Source of the DNA: Eimeria praecox
Lineage: Eukaryota
Assembly: GCA_963920595.1 (NCBI GenBank)
Contig: OY986946.1
Span: 8,246,001-8,310,000 of the forward strand
Length of the DNA: 64,000 nucleotides
Reading direction: 5' to 3'
The position numbers and the translations under genes were made by a program. This document shows positions 57,720 to 64,000 of this stretch, piece by piece (within the stretch, counting starts at the first letter, position 1; each line of letters opens with the position of its first letter). Below the pieces are notes generated by a model, which saw only the letters and a program-made list of their open reading frames with translations, was not told the origin of the DNA and made no database searches.

Positions 57720-57833
57720 AGATTGAGGGTTTAGGGTTTAGGGGTTAGGGTTTAGGGGTTAGGGTTTAGGGTTTTAAAGAGATACCCCGAAGCCACAGGG
57801 CGCCTTATACGTGTGCTGCTGCTGCGTAGCTAA

Positions 57834-57865
<32 letters not shown>

Positions 57866-58138
57866 ACAGCAGCAGCAGAAACGGCTGCAGCGCTAGCAGC
57901 TGTAGCACAGATGTCTGCAGCAGCAGCAGCAGCAGCATCAGCAGCAACCGCCGCAGCATCAGCAGCAACTGCAGCAGGACAAACATTCGCTGCACGCGCA
58001 GCAGCAGCAGCTGCAGCAGCAGCAGCAGCTGCTGCAGCAGCAGCAGCAGCTGCAGCAGCTGCAGCAGCTACATTCGATTGTGAACAGATTTTGTTGGACA
58101 GAGAAAGTAAAACACAACTTAAGTTTTTAAAAGTTCTG

Positions 58139-58170
<32 letters not shown>

Positions 58171-58204
58171 GCAGCAGCAACAGCAGCAACAGCAGCAGCA
58201 GCAA

Positions 58205-58236
<32 letters not shown>

Positions 58237-58344
58237 GCTGCTGCTGCTGCTGCACATGGCTTTTCTTTGAACGTAGTATACAAATACATCTAAATAACAA
58301 ATAAGAAATACAAAACAAAACCAACTTGTACATATTAATATCTC

Positions 58345-59070
58345 CAGGTGTCTCTTCGTGTCTCTTTAATATCTCTAAGTGTCTCTTCGTGTCTGTTAGT
58401 GTCTCTTAGTGTCTCTGAGTGTCTCTTAGTGTCTCTAACTGTCTCTTTAGTGTCTCTAAGTGTCTCTTTAGTGTCTCTTAGTGTCTTTGAGTGTGTCTTT
58501 AATACCTCCTAGTGTCTCTAAGTGTCTCTTCAGTGTCTCTTCACTATCTCTTCAGTGTCTCTTGAGTGTCTCCTTAGTGTCTCCCTGATGTCTCTTTAGT
58601 GTCTCCCTGATGTCTCTTTAGTGTCTCTTTAGTGTCTCTTCAGTGTCTCTTTAGTGTCTCCTTAGTGTCTCCCTGATGTCTCTTTGGTGTCTCCTTAGTG
58701 TCTCTCTGATGTCTCTTCAGTGTCTCCTTAGTGTCTCCTTAGTGTCTCCCTGATGTCTCTTTAGTGTCTCCTTAGTGTCTCTCTGATGTCTCTTTAGTGT
58801 CTCCTTAGTGTCTCCCTAGTGTCTGTAAGTATATCTGTCTCTTTAGTGTCTCCTTAGTGTCTCCCTGATGTCTCTTTAGTGTCTCCCTGATGTCTCTTTA
58901 GTGTCTCCTTAGTGTCTCCCTGGTGTCTCTTTAGTGTCTCCTTAGTGTCTCCTTAGTGTCTGTAAGTATATCTGCCTCTTAGTGTCTCTCAGTGTCTCTC
59001 AAGTGTCTCTAACTGTCTCTAACTGTATCTGTCTCCTCCTAGTGTCTCCTTGCTGTGTCTTTAGTGTCTG
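58345..59070. repeat. Degenerate 10-12-bp minisatellite (TTAGTGTCTCY)n
   Basis: Several dozen consecutive (A/G)GTGTCTC / GATGTCTC-containing units. Confidence 0.9.
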
Positions 59071-59264
59071 CTGCAGCAGGAGACGATCCCAGGATGGGAT
59101 CGAGTATAGCAGCTGCCTGTACACCTGACGACCCCACACATATAACAACAACCCCACCATATATGCATGCAAGATTGTTTTAAATAATTTTTAAGATATA
59201 TTTAATTTATATAAACAATAAAATACAATTATAAATATATATACAACATCTAAACGAACCAGCC

Positions 59265-59326
<62 letters not shown>

Positions 59327-59514
59327 TTGCTGCTGCGGCTGTTGCTGCTGCTGCTGCAGTTGCTGCTGGTGTTGCTGCTGCTATTGTTGCAGCAGCAACA
59401 AACCAAAGTACTTATAAATATTTATTTTAATTAAATTAAATTATTTATATAATAAAACAAATCGTAAGAAGGATAGAAGGCTGTAGTGGCTCGAGCAGCG
59501 GCGGCGGTGGTACT

Positions 59515-59545
<31 letters not shown>

Positions 59546-59566
59546 TGGCGGCGGCAGCTGTTGCTT

Positions 59567-59625
<59 letters not shown>

Positions 59626-59748
59626 TACACATGTTGATTCTGTATGTGGCGTTTGTTTATAATATAATTAAATATAACTCTAAACGAGTTATAGAGGGAG
59701 AATAAATATATTATACTAAGGCAGAAGCGCAGCTGTACAGCCACCTCT

Positions 59749-59798
<50 letters not shown>

Positions 59799-60133
59799 CA
59801 TTGTCTATCGTTTCTTTTCTTTCTTAGTTTTTCTTCTTATATTTATTTGTTAACTGCGTAGTATACAACTTAAATATCTGCTGCTGCGGGGGAGAGGCTT
59901 TAGGGTTCTTCTGTCCTTAAGCCGCAGCAACTACAGCAGCAGCAGCAGCAGCTACTGCTGCTGCTCTTGCTGCTGCTGCAGCAACGACAGTTGTTGCTGC
60001 TGCTGCTGTTGTTGTTGTTGTTGTTGCTGCTGCAACAGCAGCAGCAGCTGCTGCTGCTGCTGTGCGAGGCAAGTAGAGAAGGAGCATCGGAAGAATATAA
60101 GGACTGTTTGTGAGAGCCTGGTCTAGTGGCGGA

Positions 60134-60168
<35 letters not shown>

Positions 60169-60360
60169 AGCTTCTGCTGCTGTTTCCGCTTCTGTTGCTG
60201 CAGCAGCTGCCGCTGCTGCTACAGCAGCTGTTGCTGCTGCTGCTGCTGCTGCAGTTGCTGCAGCAGCAGGATAGGACAAGAAGCATTAGCACGATTCTAC
60301 TACGTATATACAGAGAGAGGCGGTGTTGCTGCTGCATCTGAGGTGTACATACACCTGAAG

Positions 60361-63936
<3,576 letters not shown>

Positions 63937-64000
63937 GTAGTTATTAACATAAACCCTAAGTTATACTATTCTATTTTATTTTATTTTATTTTATTTTATT

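Noticed and set aside
57774..60340. Additional coding exons upstream of SNF1
   Set aside because: Short complex patches in conflicting frames and strands among repeats, with no supportable model.

Overview
Eukaryotic, intron-rich genomic DNA with the hallmarks of an Eimeria-like coccidian (apicomplexan) repeat-rich segment: pervasive (CAG/CTG)n repeats coding for homopolymeric amino-acid runs, intronic telomere-like (AAACCCT/AGGGTTT)n arrays and TGCATGCA palindromes. Most ORF-track entries are microsatellite artefacts. I spliced exons by hand, checking GT/AG boundaries and phase, and recovered nine multi-exon gene models: a WD40-like protein (-), a bacterial-type CDP-diacylglycerol synthase (+), a 6-blade Kelch protein (+), a Kelch-BTB LZTR1-like protein (+), a CEP120-like centriolar protein (-), a YbeY-like RNase/holo-ACP synthase fusion with a bipartite leader (+), a 10-exon hypothetical protein (-), a PET117-like microprotein (+) and the 5' part of SNF1/AMPK-alpha (+). 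Highlights are the YbeY-AcpS fusion, about 17 introns capped by inverted telomere-repeat arrays, and recurrent intronic 'echo' copies of exon edges that include splice sites. All family assignments come from motif recognition and memory, not database searches.
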